Positions 27,741 through 40,505 of a DNA stretch of 64,000 bases are shown here, piece by piece; the first letter of the stretch is position 1, and every line of letters begins with the position of its first letter. The stretch is from the human T2T-CHM13v2.0 reference genome, Homo sapiens, in the NCBI RefSeq assembly GCF_009914755.1, contig NC_060932.1; one strand, 5' to 3'. The notes under the pieces were generated by a model. The model made no database searches and had not been told where the DNA came from. It saw only the letters and a list, made by a program, of their open reading frames with translations. Made by a program: the position numbers and the translations under genes.

Positions 27741-28238
27741 CCTAGCTATACCCATTAGGAAGCAAATGAAGTCACTCTGGACAATGGGGCAGACAAATTC
27801 AATGGTCGTGGACACAGAAGTAAATGGGCCGACTTATGAAACTGAGAATTAACATAGAGAAGAGGCAAGGAAAAGCATTTAGCTGACATAGCAGAACTAG
27901 ATGACAGGTTATAAATACATGAATTACAGGAAGAATTCCACCAACAGACAGGCTGTTTTGTACTGCAAAAGAAATTTTATGTAAAAAATTTCAATTTTTG
28001 TATTAACTGGGAAAAATCAGATTTGTTAATATTTGAATGACAATTTTCTTTGGCAACTATTTGCTGGAGTTGATAAGTGGCTGACTTTTACACTAGAAAA
28101 ACACTCTGCATCATCATCCTCCCAAGGCCAATGCACCCTTTATTGTATTACCCTACTTCCTGCATGGATTCACCTACCTAGCCCTATAAATTTACTGGTT
28201 TCCCATCTGTCAAAATATTATTTTCAATATAATATTGA

Positions 28239-28692
28239 AATATATATATGATATATATAATATGATATATATAATATATGAATATAGTTATTACATATAA
28301 TATACCTATAATATATGAATATATAAATATATTATATATAACATATGAAATATATATGATAATATATGATTTATATATTATATATTATATAATTAATATA
28401 TATTATATAATAATATAAATTATATAAACAAATATATATATTTGTTTTTCTATATATACAAAATATATATAGAGAAAAATATATATAGAGAGAAATATGT
28501 AAATATATATTTATATATTTATTATTTTTATTTTTATATATAAATATAAATAAAATATAGAGAAAAATATATAGAGAGAAACTATATATAGTTTCTATAG
28601 AGAATATATATAGAAATATATATAGAGAGAAACTATATATAGAGAGATTGTTTACATATATAATAATACATATAATTATATATATATGTATA
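28239..28692. repeat. AT-rich low-complexity tract, (TA)n and atatagagagaaa units
   Basis: Directly visible. Confidence 0.9.
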
Positions 28693-30449
28693 TCACACAG
28701 AGGAGGTAATAGCATCTAACAATATTACCTCCTCTGTGTGTGTGTTTTTGTAGGAAAAAACTTATTTCACATGAAGCAAATTTGTTAAGTTAAAGACAAA
28801 ACTTAATGTTTTGTTAATATGCTATAGGTCAATAAAACCTTAAGCTTTGTAGTTATCTTCCTTACCAGAAAGAAATCACTTACATAACTTGGCAGAAACC
28901 TACAAATTAACATGCAACTCCAGAGTCTGGGCCTAATCAAAGTGAATAGTAAGCCAGAGAAAACATCCTCTAGAGAATGAGATATTCCTTGGACATGCCT
29001 GTTAGGCAATGTTCCAGCCTGGCATTGCAAGGACATGCAGTCATTCTTTGCTTATGTGTAAGTATTGAAAAATTGTTTTCTATACGTACTGCTGGTTAGG
29101 ATGAGCTTGAATTGACAGTTTCATTATGCCAGTGCTTCTTCTGAAATCCATGCAGATGGTTTTAACCATTCACTTTAAAGGTACATTATTCTGCCATTTG
29201 TTCCCTTAATTTTTAAAGAAATTACAAATAAATTTAAAGTACCTGGTTAAGAAACTCAGCTCCCTGCCATTATTTCCAACCAGGCTCCTACCTCTTACTC
29301 CCTCTTTGTTCATTTGCAAGTAGTGCTTTTCAATTAAGCTGCTTCATTCTCTGAATGAAATCAAGGTCTCAGGTTTGGCTGAAATTACATCATTTACCAG
29401 CCTGTCCATTTTTCTAGATAATGACGGGTCTAATCTCTGCTTGGTTGTTTGTGGTCCAATTTTCTTTTGAGAGCAACAGCAAGCCATGCTATGTTTAAAC
29501 ACAATGAGTAAAGTGGAAAATTGACACAATTATTCAGAAAATTTTGGCTAAAGAGACGATAATCGAGTGGAAAATAATGCATGTTTCAGCAGACATTATA
29601 CAAATGGGCTGTCTGTATCAGTCAAATTCATTTTCCCAATGATTTATTCCATAGATTTTCTCTAGTGGGTTATCTGGTCAGAGACTTTATTGTACATGAC
29701 ATATGAATCTCAGTTTAATGTCTGCTTGCCCGGGAATAGATTCCACTGAAATTTTTGCTGTTTTCTGTAGAATGAAAGAGAGTATGATTTAACTTGCACA
29801 GATACCGGTCTCGTTGCAGCTTCACCCTTTACTTGGTGTGACTCGGAGGCAGATCTGAGTACCTCCTATCTTTTTTCTTTCGAATGGAGGTGACAATGCT
29901 AACACTTCAGATTGTCGTAAGAAGGGGGTGAAATTGTTTATGTATGTATGACAAGGTGCTCTGCATCCAGTGGGTTCTAGTAAATGCGTCCCCACGCCCC
30001 TGCCCCTTCCTCTTCCTCTTCCTCTTCCAGGAGGTGGTGTGCAAGAGGGTGGGGTTCAGAGATGAACCATATGGATGCTCAGTATAAGGAGAGTTGTCTT
30101 CTAAACTCCTTTTGTGCTAAGATCACCTTTAGAGTTCTTACAAATGTAATGAGCATGCCCCATGCCCCATGCCCCATCCCAGACACACTGAACTAGACTC
30201 TTATTTTCTGGAGGAGAGGCCTGGCAAAGACAGCATGCTCAGTCTGCTGAAGACTTCATGAGAGAGACAATTGTGAGGCTCTGAATCAAAGAGATTTGTA
30301 ATCTCAGAGCTGTAGGTCACCCGGACACCTGACATTTCAAACCAACTTGCTGTTCCTCTTGCATAACTATTTATTTGAACAAAAGCTAAACTGGAAATTG
30401 GATATGGGAAACAAAGTGGAGCCCTCTGACTTGAGTTAGAGGGTGAGGG

Positions 30450-30891
30450 GCAGTTGGGCTATGTACAATGCCCCACCCCAAAGATATCCACATATGAATT
30501 CTCAGAACCTGTTTATGTGACCTTGCATGGCTAAAGAAGCATTGCCAGTGTAATTCAGTGAAATGATCTTGAGATGGGGAGATTATTCTGAATATCTGGG
30601 CTCCATGTAATCACAAAGGTCCTTACTAGGGGTGGTCAGACAGTGAGAATCAGAGCAGATGTTAGGATAGAAGCAGAGGATGGATTAATGCAAGATCATG
30701 AATCAAAAATGCAAGTGACCTTTAGAAGCTGGAAAAGGCAAGAAACAGACATTTCCCGACAGCCTCCAAAAGGAACCCAGACCCTCTGACCCATTTTGAA
30801 CTTCTGACTTCCAGAACTGTTAGAGAATAAATTTGTGTTAAGCCACTAAGATCATGGTAGCATGCTACAGCAGCAATAGGAGATGAATGCA
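30450..30891 (+). mobile_element. MLT1D-type solo LTR
   Basis: ccccaaagatatccac...gatcttgagatggggagattat...gaagctggaaaaggcaagaaac...ttaagccactaag...cagcaatagga. Confidence 0.85.
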
Positions 30892-31620
30892 TGGGCTCAT
30901 GCACTCCAGTTACCATGGCTGAAAGTCATTAAGATCTAAGAGAGATTTTCCATTAGATGATGCCAGGAAAAGGCCCCCCCTGAGCTGAGATCTGATTAAA
31001 TTGGGAGCAGTTGATGGACCTGGCCAGGGCCACAGTGAGTCATGCCATCAGCATTAACATCTCAGCAAAACCCAAGTTCTAGTTCAGCTCCCCCATCCCC
31101 CATGCCCAAGGCAATGTCAGCACTTTGGAATAACAACAATTGCTACCATTGATTCTAGGATGCAGCAGACAGCCACAGAGGTTGTGGCTTGCACAGCTGG
31201 GAGGGCACCTTTCCCATGGTCTGTAATAATGAGTGGCAATTGTCGACTTGCATAGCCTTCAACCTATGTGACCTTGCCTGGGAATACTGGCATCAACCTC
31301 AACACTGTGCCAGGTAACAGGGGTACAAAGATGGGTAACTAACAGTTCCTGCCCCAAGGAACTCAAAGAGGTGAACCACCTGTTTTGATTCCTGGGGTTT
31401 TTGCAGCCCTGTCATTGAAGTGCTACTTCCCATACCCCATTCTCCCTCAGGCTGATCTGGTACTCATGGTATACTCCATGGGAAGGGGGAGGTCTTTCCA
31501 AGTCATCCTACTCCATTGATTTGGTAAGCCAGAGAGGAGCTTGTTCAGCAGCTACATCCTGGAGAGAGCTTAAGTAGCTGCATCTCGGCCTTGAAGGGCA
31601 GATAAAGAATAGAAACTGGA

Positions 31621-31843
31621 ACATCACACACCGAGGCCTGTTGTGGGGTGGGGGGGAGGGGGGAGGGATAGCATGAGGAGATATACCTAATGCTAAATGA
31701 CGAGTTAATGGGTGCAGCACACCAACATGGCACATGTATACATATGTAACAAACCTGCACGTAGTGCACATGTACCCTAAAACTTAAGGTATAATAAAAA
31801 AATAAAATAAAATTTAGTTGCCAACATTTAAAAAAAAAAAAAA
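31621..31843 (+). mobile_element. 5'-truncated young L1 (L1PA3-like) 3' end with short extra segment and second poly(A)
   Basis: acatcacacacc...gatatacctaatgctaaatgacgagttaatgggtgcagcacacc...aaaacttaaggtataataa; 17-bp TSD aaagaatagaaactgga at 31604-31620 and 31841-31857. Confidence 0.95.
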
Positions 31844-31914
31844 GAATAGAAACTGGAGCCAGAAGAGGCACAGAAGGATGTATGTTAGGGGCCCACTCTT
31901 GCTAGAAACTATGC

Positions 31915-32100
31915 TCAGTGCCACATATACAAGAGCTTCTTAACTACTCCACTAACCTTGTGAAGTAGACATTGCCATACCCATTTAAGAAATGAGGAGA
32001 GCAAGACTCATGAATGTAACGTCCAGCCCAGGAGCACTCAGACATGAAGAGTAGAATCTATATCACTGACCCCATGGTTCAAAATCTTGCTACTACCACT
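31915..32100 (-). mobile_element. MIR fragment
   Basis: aaccttgtgaagtag...cccatttaagaaatgaggag. Confidence 0.55.
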
Positions 32101-32194
32101 ACCACCAGCTAAGAAGTGAGTGGCTCAGCCTAAAGACGTCCTCTTCCATCAAATTATATTCTCCTTCATACACAAACACAAACTGAGAGTGGAG

Positions 32195-32456
32195 AAGGAA
32201 GGAAGGAAGAAAGGAAGGAAGGAAGGAAAGAAGGAAGGAAGGAAGGACGGATGGATAGGGAAGGGGAAGGGAACATCCTTTCCATCAAATTATGTTCTCC
32301 TCCATACATAAACACAAACTGAGAGTGGAGAAGAAGGAAGGAAGGGAAGGGAAGGGAAGGGAAGGGAAGGGAAGGGAGGAAGGGAAGAAGGGAAGAAAGG
32401 AAGGGAAGGGAAAGGAAGAAGGGAAGGAAAGGGAAAAGAAAAAGGAAAGGAAAAAA
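32195..32456. repeat. (GGAA)n and (GGAAG)n purine microsatellites
   Basis: Directly visible. Confidence 0.93.
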
Positions 32457-33171
32457 GTAAAGTCTCACATATTAGATCTGGGGATAATCCTTTTCAAGCT
32501 CATCATTACCTTGTCAACATTTGGTAGTATTTAATGAGCACCTATTTTGTATCAGACACTATGCTAGGCCAACACTGCGTGGCATTTATAGGCCATGTGG
32601 TAGGATTTTGGAATTTTATTCTTAGTGTGATGGAAAGTGTTTGAAAGGTTTTAAGCAATTGAGTGACATCGTCTGGTTTATGTTTTATAAAGCTCACAGG
32701 TATGGAAAGAGTGAGGTCAAGAAGGACAAAGAGATGAACCTTTGATGCAACAGTGAGTTAGAGCCATACCCAGGTCAGAGGGCAAAGGCTTTATAAGGGG
32801 AGAACAGGAAAAAAATGAAAAGAAAAAAATGAGATCAATAAATAAACGACAAGCCCAAGAGCAGTAGGAAAATGAAAGGAGTCACTCCTGGGACTGCCAG
32901 AGCAGCTCCACGAGAATCTGTACCGTGCCTCTCTCATTTATAGTTACGTCCCTGATGTCTTGAGCTGCTCTCAGCATACAATGTTTTATAAATATTTGTT
33001 CAAGAGTGGAAGGAAGGCAGGATATTGTAAGGCACTGAGAGAATGTGGAAATGCAATTGCTAAGCTGAAGTTTAGGAAATCATGAAGAGGGTGCTGGAAG
33101 GTCAGAGATGGCCGAAACGTCACTCTAGGTGTTTAAAAGATCTGAAGAAGGTGGACTCTACAAAACATATA

Positions 33172-33343
33172 CAGATGCTCCTCAACTTATAGAAGCATAT
33201 TTTCAACTTAGGATATTTTCAATTAATGATGAATCTATTGGGTATAACCCCATTGTAAGTTGAGGAACACACTGAATGTGTAACACTTTGCACCATTGTA
33301 AAAGGGAAAAATCTTTTGAACCATTATAAGTTGGGGACCTGTG
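33172..33343 (+). mobile_element. MER47-type (Tigger) DNA transposon, internally deleted
   Basis: ta-cagatgctcctcaactta terminus; aaccccattgtaagttgagga; gaaccattataagttggggacc. Confidence 0.8.
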
Positions 33344-33713
33344 AACCTGGCTTCACCCAAATATTAATTAGGATACAGTTCAGCTCTGAGTGAAGGAAAA
33401 CCCAAAATGGCAGTGGCTGGTAAAAGGCAAAGTTATTTCTCTCAATTTTATTCAGTCATGAGGGAAACATTTCAGGACTTACAGTCCAGCTTGGATTCAC
33501 AAAGATTTCAGGGACCCAGGCTCCTGGCAACTCACACTCAACCAAAAGTGCAATGTGATCCACACGGTGCAACATGGTGGCATTTGGATTCTAGGCCACA
33601 GAATGGAGGAAGGGAAGGAGAAGAGGCAGCCCTCTCTAAGGAAAATGGCAGGAAGCTGACACTGACTCTCACTCTCATCTCAATCAGAGCTTCATCGCGT
33701 GATCCCCTCTACA

Positions 33714-33925
33714 GAGAAGTCAGCCAACTATAGTGAGTGGGCTGGTCGCCTGTTTCTATGAAGAAAGCTTTCTTGGAGCACAGCCACACCCATTCATTTA
33801 TGGATTGACTTTGGCCATCTCTGCTACAGCGACAGAGTTGGGTAGTTGTCACAGTAGCTGTGTGGCCCATAGATCCTTAACTATTTGCGTCTGACTCTTT
33901 ATAGAAAAAGTGTATTAGCCAACCC
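33714..33925 (+). mobile_element. MER58A-like hAT-Charlie element
   Basis: ttggagcacagccacacccattcattta...gacagagttgggtagttgtcacag...ctttatagaaaaagt. Confidence 0.8.
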
Positions 33926-34429
33926 CATATTCTACGGAAGAAAGGGACAGAAGCCATTGGGGGATGCCCCTAGTTAGTGTTGTAGAAGAAATCACCAAAG
34001 AGATGAAGTGTGAGAGCCTAGGAGAGGAAGCTGTGATCCCAGGGAGCTGGAAGGAGTTCACTGAACTTAAAGGGAAAGTGGGTGGGCCTAGTGTCCCAAA
34101 GTCCCCACTCAGGACCTCTGCTGGGTAAGAAATCACCCATGAGTGAGAAGTTTCCTTCTATGAGCTGCAATTTTCTCACTTACGAGAAAGCTTAATAACC
34201 ACATCCCTTACTGCAAGTAATGGAGACTATATGAGCTGGAGAATGAGAAGTTCCTGGTACCAGGACTAGCACATAGCATGTGTTCAATCAACAGACACTG
34301 TTATGATTACAAGGAATATGTCATCTATTCTGATCTCCTTCTTCTAGAGGATCCTTAGACAGTGCACTGGGGTGAAAAGTCAACTGCACATTCTGAGTTT
34401 TAGTAAGGCCTTGGAGGAAAGCCCTGGCC

Positions 34430-34431
<2 letters not shown>

Positions 34432-34467
<36 letters not shown>
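34432..34467. repeat. (GT)n microsatellite
   Basis: Directly visible. Confidence 0.97.
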
Positions 34468-34470
<3 letters not shown>

Positions 34471-35204
34471 AGACACTCACATGCCTGTGCGCATTGACCT
34501 ACATTCTGGGACAAACAAAACAATAATTAATTGAAAATCATATCGTGAAGTTTTCAATTCATTTGTGTTTAATCATTCAATATTAATGACACTAGCTCCA
34601 TGCTTGGGATACCAGCAAAGCAGAGGCATTAAAAATAATCTTTGAAAAAACTTTTTTGGAGAGATTTTATGTCTGAATGCTCAAAAGCAGCAGCAGAATA
34701 AGAACAAATGAGACTTTTCTCCATTTACTTTTATGGTTTATTACTGCTTTTATTTCAATCCCACATAAAGCGTTATACTATTTTCAGTGCCTACAACCTT
34801 CTAAGGTCTTTATCTGGAGTTGTGGTAATGAGGATGTTAAGAGTGCAGAGGTCTATGGTGATGTGTTGTATAACAGATTTGGTTCTTCACAGATGCAAGG
34901 AGGCACCCAAACAACAAAGAACCAACATTAAATCAAAAAGCTTCCCATGTAAGGCCTGCAGTTTTATCCCCTCAAGAAGCAAACAAACAATAGCAGCAAT
35001 TAAAGCCACACCAACAAAAATAGGCCAGAAAAACAGTAGCTCTTAAAATTACATATTAGGGTTAAACTCAGGAAATTCAAACAAGTGAAATCAAAGCTAG
35101 GGCTGTCCTACAATGCCTGGAGAGACACTCAGCATCCTCTCAGCCATCCAGTGGTCAATGCTCCCTGGGGCACTGCCTGGTGGAGGCCACATGAAATGAG
35201 AAAA

Positions 35205-35410
35205 AGAGCAGCAGCTTTGTAGCCAGCAGATTTGGGATTGGATCCCAAATCTGACCCTTAGAGACCCCATGAACCTGCACACGTCACATCACATCTCTCA
35301 GACCTTTCTCATCTGTAAAATGGGGATGATGCCCGCCTCATAGGGCTGTGGAAATTTACTAGGAAGGTGAGTATAAGGAGGTAGCTCAGCACCTAGCACA
35401 AGGTAGGCAT
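35205..35410 (+). mobile_element. MIR
   Basis: tttctcatctgtaaaatggggatgatgcccgcctcatagggctgtg...cacctagcaca. Confidence 0.8.
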
Positions 35411-35897
35411 GGGAGTGGGCCCTGTTCCAGAATGTGGGAATGTCTTATTCAGTCTAATTCTCAGGTCTAAGGAACTCCAGGATTCCCTAAGGACCCAGAT
35501 CCCTAAGACTGTGTGATGCTGAGATTCCAGTGATAGACCTCCTTGCTAGGCTCGGTCATGCCAACATATGATCTTGATGTTTACTAAGTTATCTTGCAAC
35601 AGCGAAAGGCTCTAAAGCCAGGGGTTCCTATGATACTTGGCAGAGCCCTGCTCTAATACTCCTGGAAGGCAGCTGCTCATCAGCCTAAGCAGCAAGAGAG
35701 GCTCACAGTGATGGGAGGTGACACTTCACCAAGTCCATCTCCTTGGGTATTTCATATAATTCACACAGTTCTCAGCATGATACACATTCGGCCCTTTAAA
35801 ATATGGGAAAATGCATTATTTACAGATGAATGATGGATGAATGAATGAATGAATGAATGATGACAAAAGGTTTATGTTCAAATCCTGGTTCTGCACG

Positions 35898-36259
35898 TGT
35901 ATTAGTCCGTTTTCATGCTGCTGATAAAGACATACCAGAGACTGGGTAATTTACAAAAGAAAGAGGTTTAACTGGGCTTACAGTTCCACGTGGCTGGGGA
36001 AGTTCTCACAGTCATGGCAGAGAGTGAAAGGCACTTCTCATATGGCAGTGGCAAGAGAGAATGAGGAGGAAGCAAAAGCGGAAACCCCTGATAAACCCAT
36101 CAGACCTCGTGAGACTTATTCACTATAACGAGAATAGCGTGGGAAAGACCAGCCCCCATGATTCAATTACCTCCCCCTGGATCCTCCCACAACACGTGGG
36201 AATTCTGGGAGATACAATTCAAGTGGAGATTTGGGTGGGGACGCAGCCAAACCATATCA
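35898..36259 (-). mobile_element. THE1A-like solo LTR
   Basis: tgtattagtccgttttcatgctgctgataaagacata...gcaaaagcggaaacccctgataaacccatcaga...cagccaaaccatatca; TSD gcacg/gcacc. Confidence 0.93.
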
Positions 36260-37499
36260 GCACCCTGCAGTTAGCTTCATGATTTTGACACTGTCACTTT
36301 CTTGAGCATCAGTTCTGTTTTCTACTCACATGTTTGTTATCAGAATAAAAATAATCCCTTACAAACAATGCCTGGTACAGAGAGGACACAAGAAAAACTC
36401 AAAAATAAAGTAGTTATGGTACTGAAAGAAGGCTAACCCCGCAGGAAATTGTGACTCAAATGAGATAATATGTCGAACTGCTATTGTTCAATGACAAATA
36501 AATGCTAGTGATTAGAATTCTAAACGCTAATGGGTTGACTGGTTGAGTCTATAATTTATTTTCTTGGTAAAGGAGGTACAATCTTCAATGAGTCAGAGCA
36601 TAAGAACACCTAGTTAGCTGAGCATAAAGAAAATATTCACTGTACACGCCATAATAAGAAACATTGCAATGATTTTAATGGGTTCATTATTTGTTCCATT
36701 CCAAAAGTAATATATATTCATTTAATGAGATTTGGAAATTACATCAAAGCAGGAAGAAGAAAATAAAATTACTCACTTACCAGCCAGAAACATACTCTGT
36801 TAACATTTTAATATGTTTTCCTTTAGCTTTTTATTTTCCTCTTTATAAATTTTGACAAGAAACTCTGTAGAATTTTTTTTACCCAGCAGTGATAATATGG
36901 TATATAAGATTTAACATTTACATTTTATTCTCTTTACTTTTTAAGATAAATGTTTTCTCCATCTTTGCCTAGATTTTTTAACATAATTGTAATTGCCTGC
37001 AAAATATCTCAAGTGTATATGCCTGTTTTTATTTAATCATTATTAAGTTTTTTCCACATTTTATTGCTTTCAGTAATGATAGAGTGAACTATCTATGCAA
37101 ATTTGTGCATAGTTTTTCTTTTAAAATTTAGGAAATTCTTTGCATTTGATGAGCGTGTTATTGTTTGCACAGGAGTTCCTTTTATTCCGTCATTTGAAAA
37201 ACATGCAAGGCACTGCTCCAGGGACTAGGAATACAACAGAGAATTCAGTGGAGATAGGTTCTGGAAAGATGGAACACACCCTCTCATCAGCCATCACATT
37301 TACCTAGGGTTGCAGGGACTTGCTGTCATTGCCATTTCAGGCACGCAGAGTTTAGAGATTCAAATGACAGAATGATACTGAAACCTATTGTTTGGATATA
37401 AATCCAGTGTGCTTTCTTGCCTTCCTTGCACCCACCACCCCATAACCTCTAAGAGGAAAGCTGATGGCTGGCCTCCACAGGCTTTCTTAGGTACAGAGA

Positions 37500-37620
37500 T
37501 CTGTCTGCCCTGGATGGACACTGGACTGTGAGTTCCTTAAGGGCCAAGACAGGGTCTCAATATCTCTACATCCCCAGTGCTCAGCTCCCAAGATGGCACT
37601 CAGGAAGTATTTGGTGAAAA
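37500..37620 (+). mobile_element. L2 3' end
   Basis: cactggactgtgagttccttaagggc...catccccagtgctcag...ggcactcagga. Confidence 0.65.
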
Positions 37621-38169
37621 ACTTCATGATTCTGTCTTCTCTTCTCTTTCCCAGTGTCTACTGTAGTGGGGTGCCTCCACTTATCCCGCTGTCAGCAAAC
37701 CCCAGTTCCTGCAGCCCCGCTGTGAGCATGTCGCCCACACTCCAAACCCTTCCAAGAACTTGCCGTTAGCACAGAATGGCGCATGGAGGATCGGACGCTC
37801 AGTCCCATGTGATGGCCCGAGTGCCTCCCAAACTCAGGCTGTACATCCTCAGTGGGGTCTTCCGTGAATGCCCAGAGGTAAGGGTCGGGGAATAAATCCC
37901 AGAGAGACTGCAGGCAAGAGGAGCAAGGCTCGATGATAGCAGCGGGATGCTTTCCATCTGGGCGTGAAATGGGGTTTTCCTCTGTGGTTAATGAGAACAG
38001 CCTGTTTCCAATTTGACTAATGCCTTCCATTAGAGCTTTGGCACAGCCCGGCCGAGAGGCACGACTGGGGGCTTTGAAGTCATTTCTTAAAAGCCAGAAA
38101 CTGCTTTGTCATTCAGGACTTTGCTTTCATCCTGCCCCAGAATTCTAAGGCAAGATCTATTGTGGCAGA

Positions 38170-38320
38170 TCTGAAAAAGCCTACCTTTCCACTTGCTGGC
38201 AGGCTGGTAACCTTGGGCAAGATTTATCACCTCTCTGAGCTGCAATACATTCTTCTATAAAATGGGGGTGATAACACCTATGCAGCCTACTTCCCAAGTT
38301 CAATAAGAGGATCAGATTTG
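38170..38320 (+). mobile_element. MIR
   Basis: aaccttgggcaag...cacctctctgagc...ctataaaatgggggtgataac. Confidence 0.75.
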
Positions 38321-38436
38321 GAAACCACAGACAGCAATGCCTGCTACAATTTATTAAGCCCTTAGTGTGTACCAGACACTATACAAGGCATTTGACTTTC
38401 AATGGCTCATTTGATTCTTATAGCAATTCTGTAAGA

Positions 38437-38937
38437 TGTGGTAAGTGGAATAATACCACTCCCAAAGAAGGCTACATCCTAATCCCTGGAAGCTGTGATA
38501 TGCTAGATTACATGGCAAAGGGGAATTAAGGTTGTTCATCAGCCAACTTTAAAATAGGGAGATTATCCAGGTGGACCCTACATAGCAGGATTGTTCTTTA
38601 AAAAGGAAAAGAGAGTTGGAGAAAGAGACAATAACATGGCAGCAAGGTCAGCATGATAAGATGTGAAAAGGGCTCCACCTGCTGAAGCTGGCTTTGAAGA
38701 TATTGGAAGGGGCCATGAGCCAAGGAGTGTGGCAGCTTTTAAAAGCTGGAGAATGATTTTTAAAAGTAAAGAAATTGATTTTCCTCTAGAAAGCACACAT
38801 CCCTTCCCACATCTCAATTTTAGCCCAGCGAGAGACATGCACAACTTCTAACTTTCAGAAAAGTAAGGTAATGAATGTGTGTTTTAAGCCACTACATTTG
38901 AGGTAGTTTTGTTGTGGCAGCCATAGAAAATAATACA
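38437..38937 (+). mobile_element. MLT1D/E-type solo LTR inserted in a minus-strand MIR
   Basis: tgtggtaagtggaataat...catggcaaaggggaattaaggttg...ttttaagccact...gcagccatagaaaataataca. Confidence 0.85.
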
Positions 38938-39275
38938 CTCTTATTTTTCCTTTTCTTCTTGTTTAAAGCAGATGAGGAAACTGAAAGTCAGGAAAATGAA
39001 ATGTCATAACCAAGATCTATCAGCTATTATCAAACAACAATCTGTGTTTTTCAGTCCACCTCTAACTGATTATTGGCCACAAATGTGTATCTTTGGGATG
39101 AATAAAGTCACATTTTGAAAAATCTGTATATTCCTAGGTATAACATACACCTGCCATCAGCTTGACATATCCTCTTTTGCAGAATCTAGGAATCATGGCT
39201 CCCCTACTTCTGACCTGCAATGGGAAATAAGTTTCTCCTTTTCCTATTCACAGTGGACAGCATGGAATGGAATGG

Positions 39276-39800
39276 TGTTATCAGTTTTCTATTGCTTCAT
39301 AACAAATCACCACAAACTTAGAGGCTTAAAATAGGTCTCCTGACCTATTGCTTGGGTCAGGAGTATGGGCATAAGTTCAGAGCTCCACAAGATTGGACTG
39401 GGCTGCCTTCTCATCTGGAAAGATTCACTTCCAGACTCTCTCAGTTTGTTGGAAAAAAATTATTTCCTTGAAGCTGAATAAGTGATGGAAGCCTCCTTCT
39501 TCAAGGCCAGTGGGAGAACAAGTCTTTGAGTTCCAGATATTCTTTTAAAGGGATAACTCAATTAGGTCATGAGCACCCAGGACAACCTTCATTTGGATTA
39601 GCATAAAGTCAACTGATTATGGACCTTCATTATGTCTGTGAAACCCTTTGGCCTTTGCCAAGTAAGGGAACATAGTCACAGGCATGGTACCTCGTCAGCT
39701 TTGCAAAGTTCCCTTTGTTAGAATCAGGTTGCAGTCCTGTTCACACTTGGGAGAAGGGACTATACAAGTTAAAGAGGAGGGTCATTTTAGAATTCTGCCT
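39276..39800 (-). mobile_element. MLT1E-type LTR
   Basis: atcagttttctattgcttcataacaaatcaccacaaacttagaggcttaaa...gggtcattttagaattctgcct. Confidence 0.78.
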
Positions 39801-40089
39801 GGTGGGATATTCCAGCTGAAAATCACCCTAGATCTTATCCAGCTTGAGGTAGAAAGAATTTCCTGTTGTTTAGCCTACGTATAGTTACTAAGCAGCTGAC
39901 CTTCACCAGGTGGTGGTCTCGGTGCTAGGGATACAGAAGTGAACAAACAACAGACAAAATGAAATCCTAGCAGGTGGAGAAAGACAGCAACCACACAAAT
40001 GAAGAAACAGCTGGTGAGCCTTTGGGCTGGAGAAAGGATACTCTAGCATGGACCATGAGTCGCTGTGGCTGGAGAAAAGGTTAATTCCA

Positions 40090-40505
40090 TGTATGAGTCT
40101 GTTTTGCATTGCTACAAAATAGTACCTGAGACTGTGTAATTTACAAAGAAAAGAGGTTTATTTGGCTCTCATTTCTGCAGGCTCTACAAACATGGTGCCA
40201 GCATCTGCTCAGCTTCTGGTGAGGCCTCAGGAAGCTTTTACTCGTGGCAGAAGGTGAAGCAGAAGCAAGTCCATCACATGGTGAAAGAGGAATCAAGAAC
40301 GAGGAGGAAGTGCCAGGCTCTTTTCAACTACCAGTTCCGAGTGAACTAATGGAGTGAAAACCCACTCATTACTGTGAGGACAGCACGAAGTTATTCATGA
40401 CAGATCCATCCCTGGGACCTAAACACCTCCTGCCAAGCCCCACCTCCGACATCAGGGATCATTTCAACATGAGATTTACAGGGGTCAAGCATCCAAGCCA
40501 TATCA
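40090..40505 (-). mobile_element. MSTB-like solo LTR
   Basis: tgtatgagtctgttttgcattgct...catggtgccagcatctgctcagcttctggtgaggcctcagg...catccaagccatatca. Confidence 0.9.

Noticed and set aside
29330-29700. Possible conserved non-coding element (also about 25640-26460 and 34520-34900)
   Set aside because: Unique-looking and TAAT-rich, but conservation cannot be judged from a single sequence
31643-31667. G-quadruplex motif
   Set aside because: Standard G-rich tract of the L1PA 3' UTR; not locus-specific
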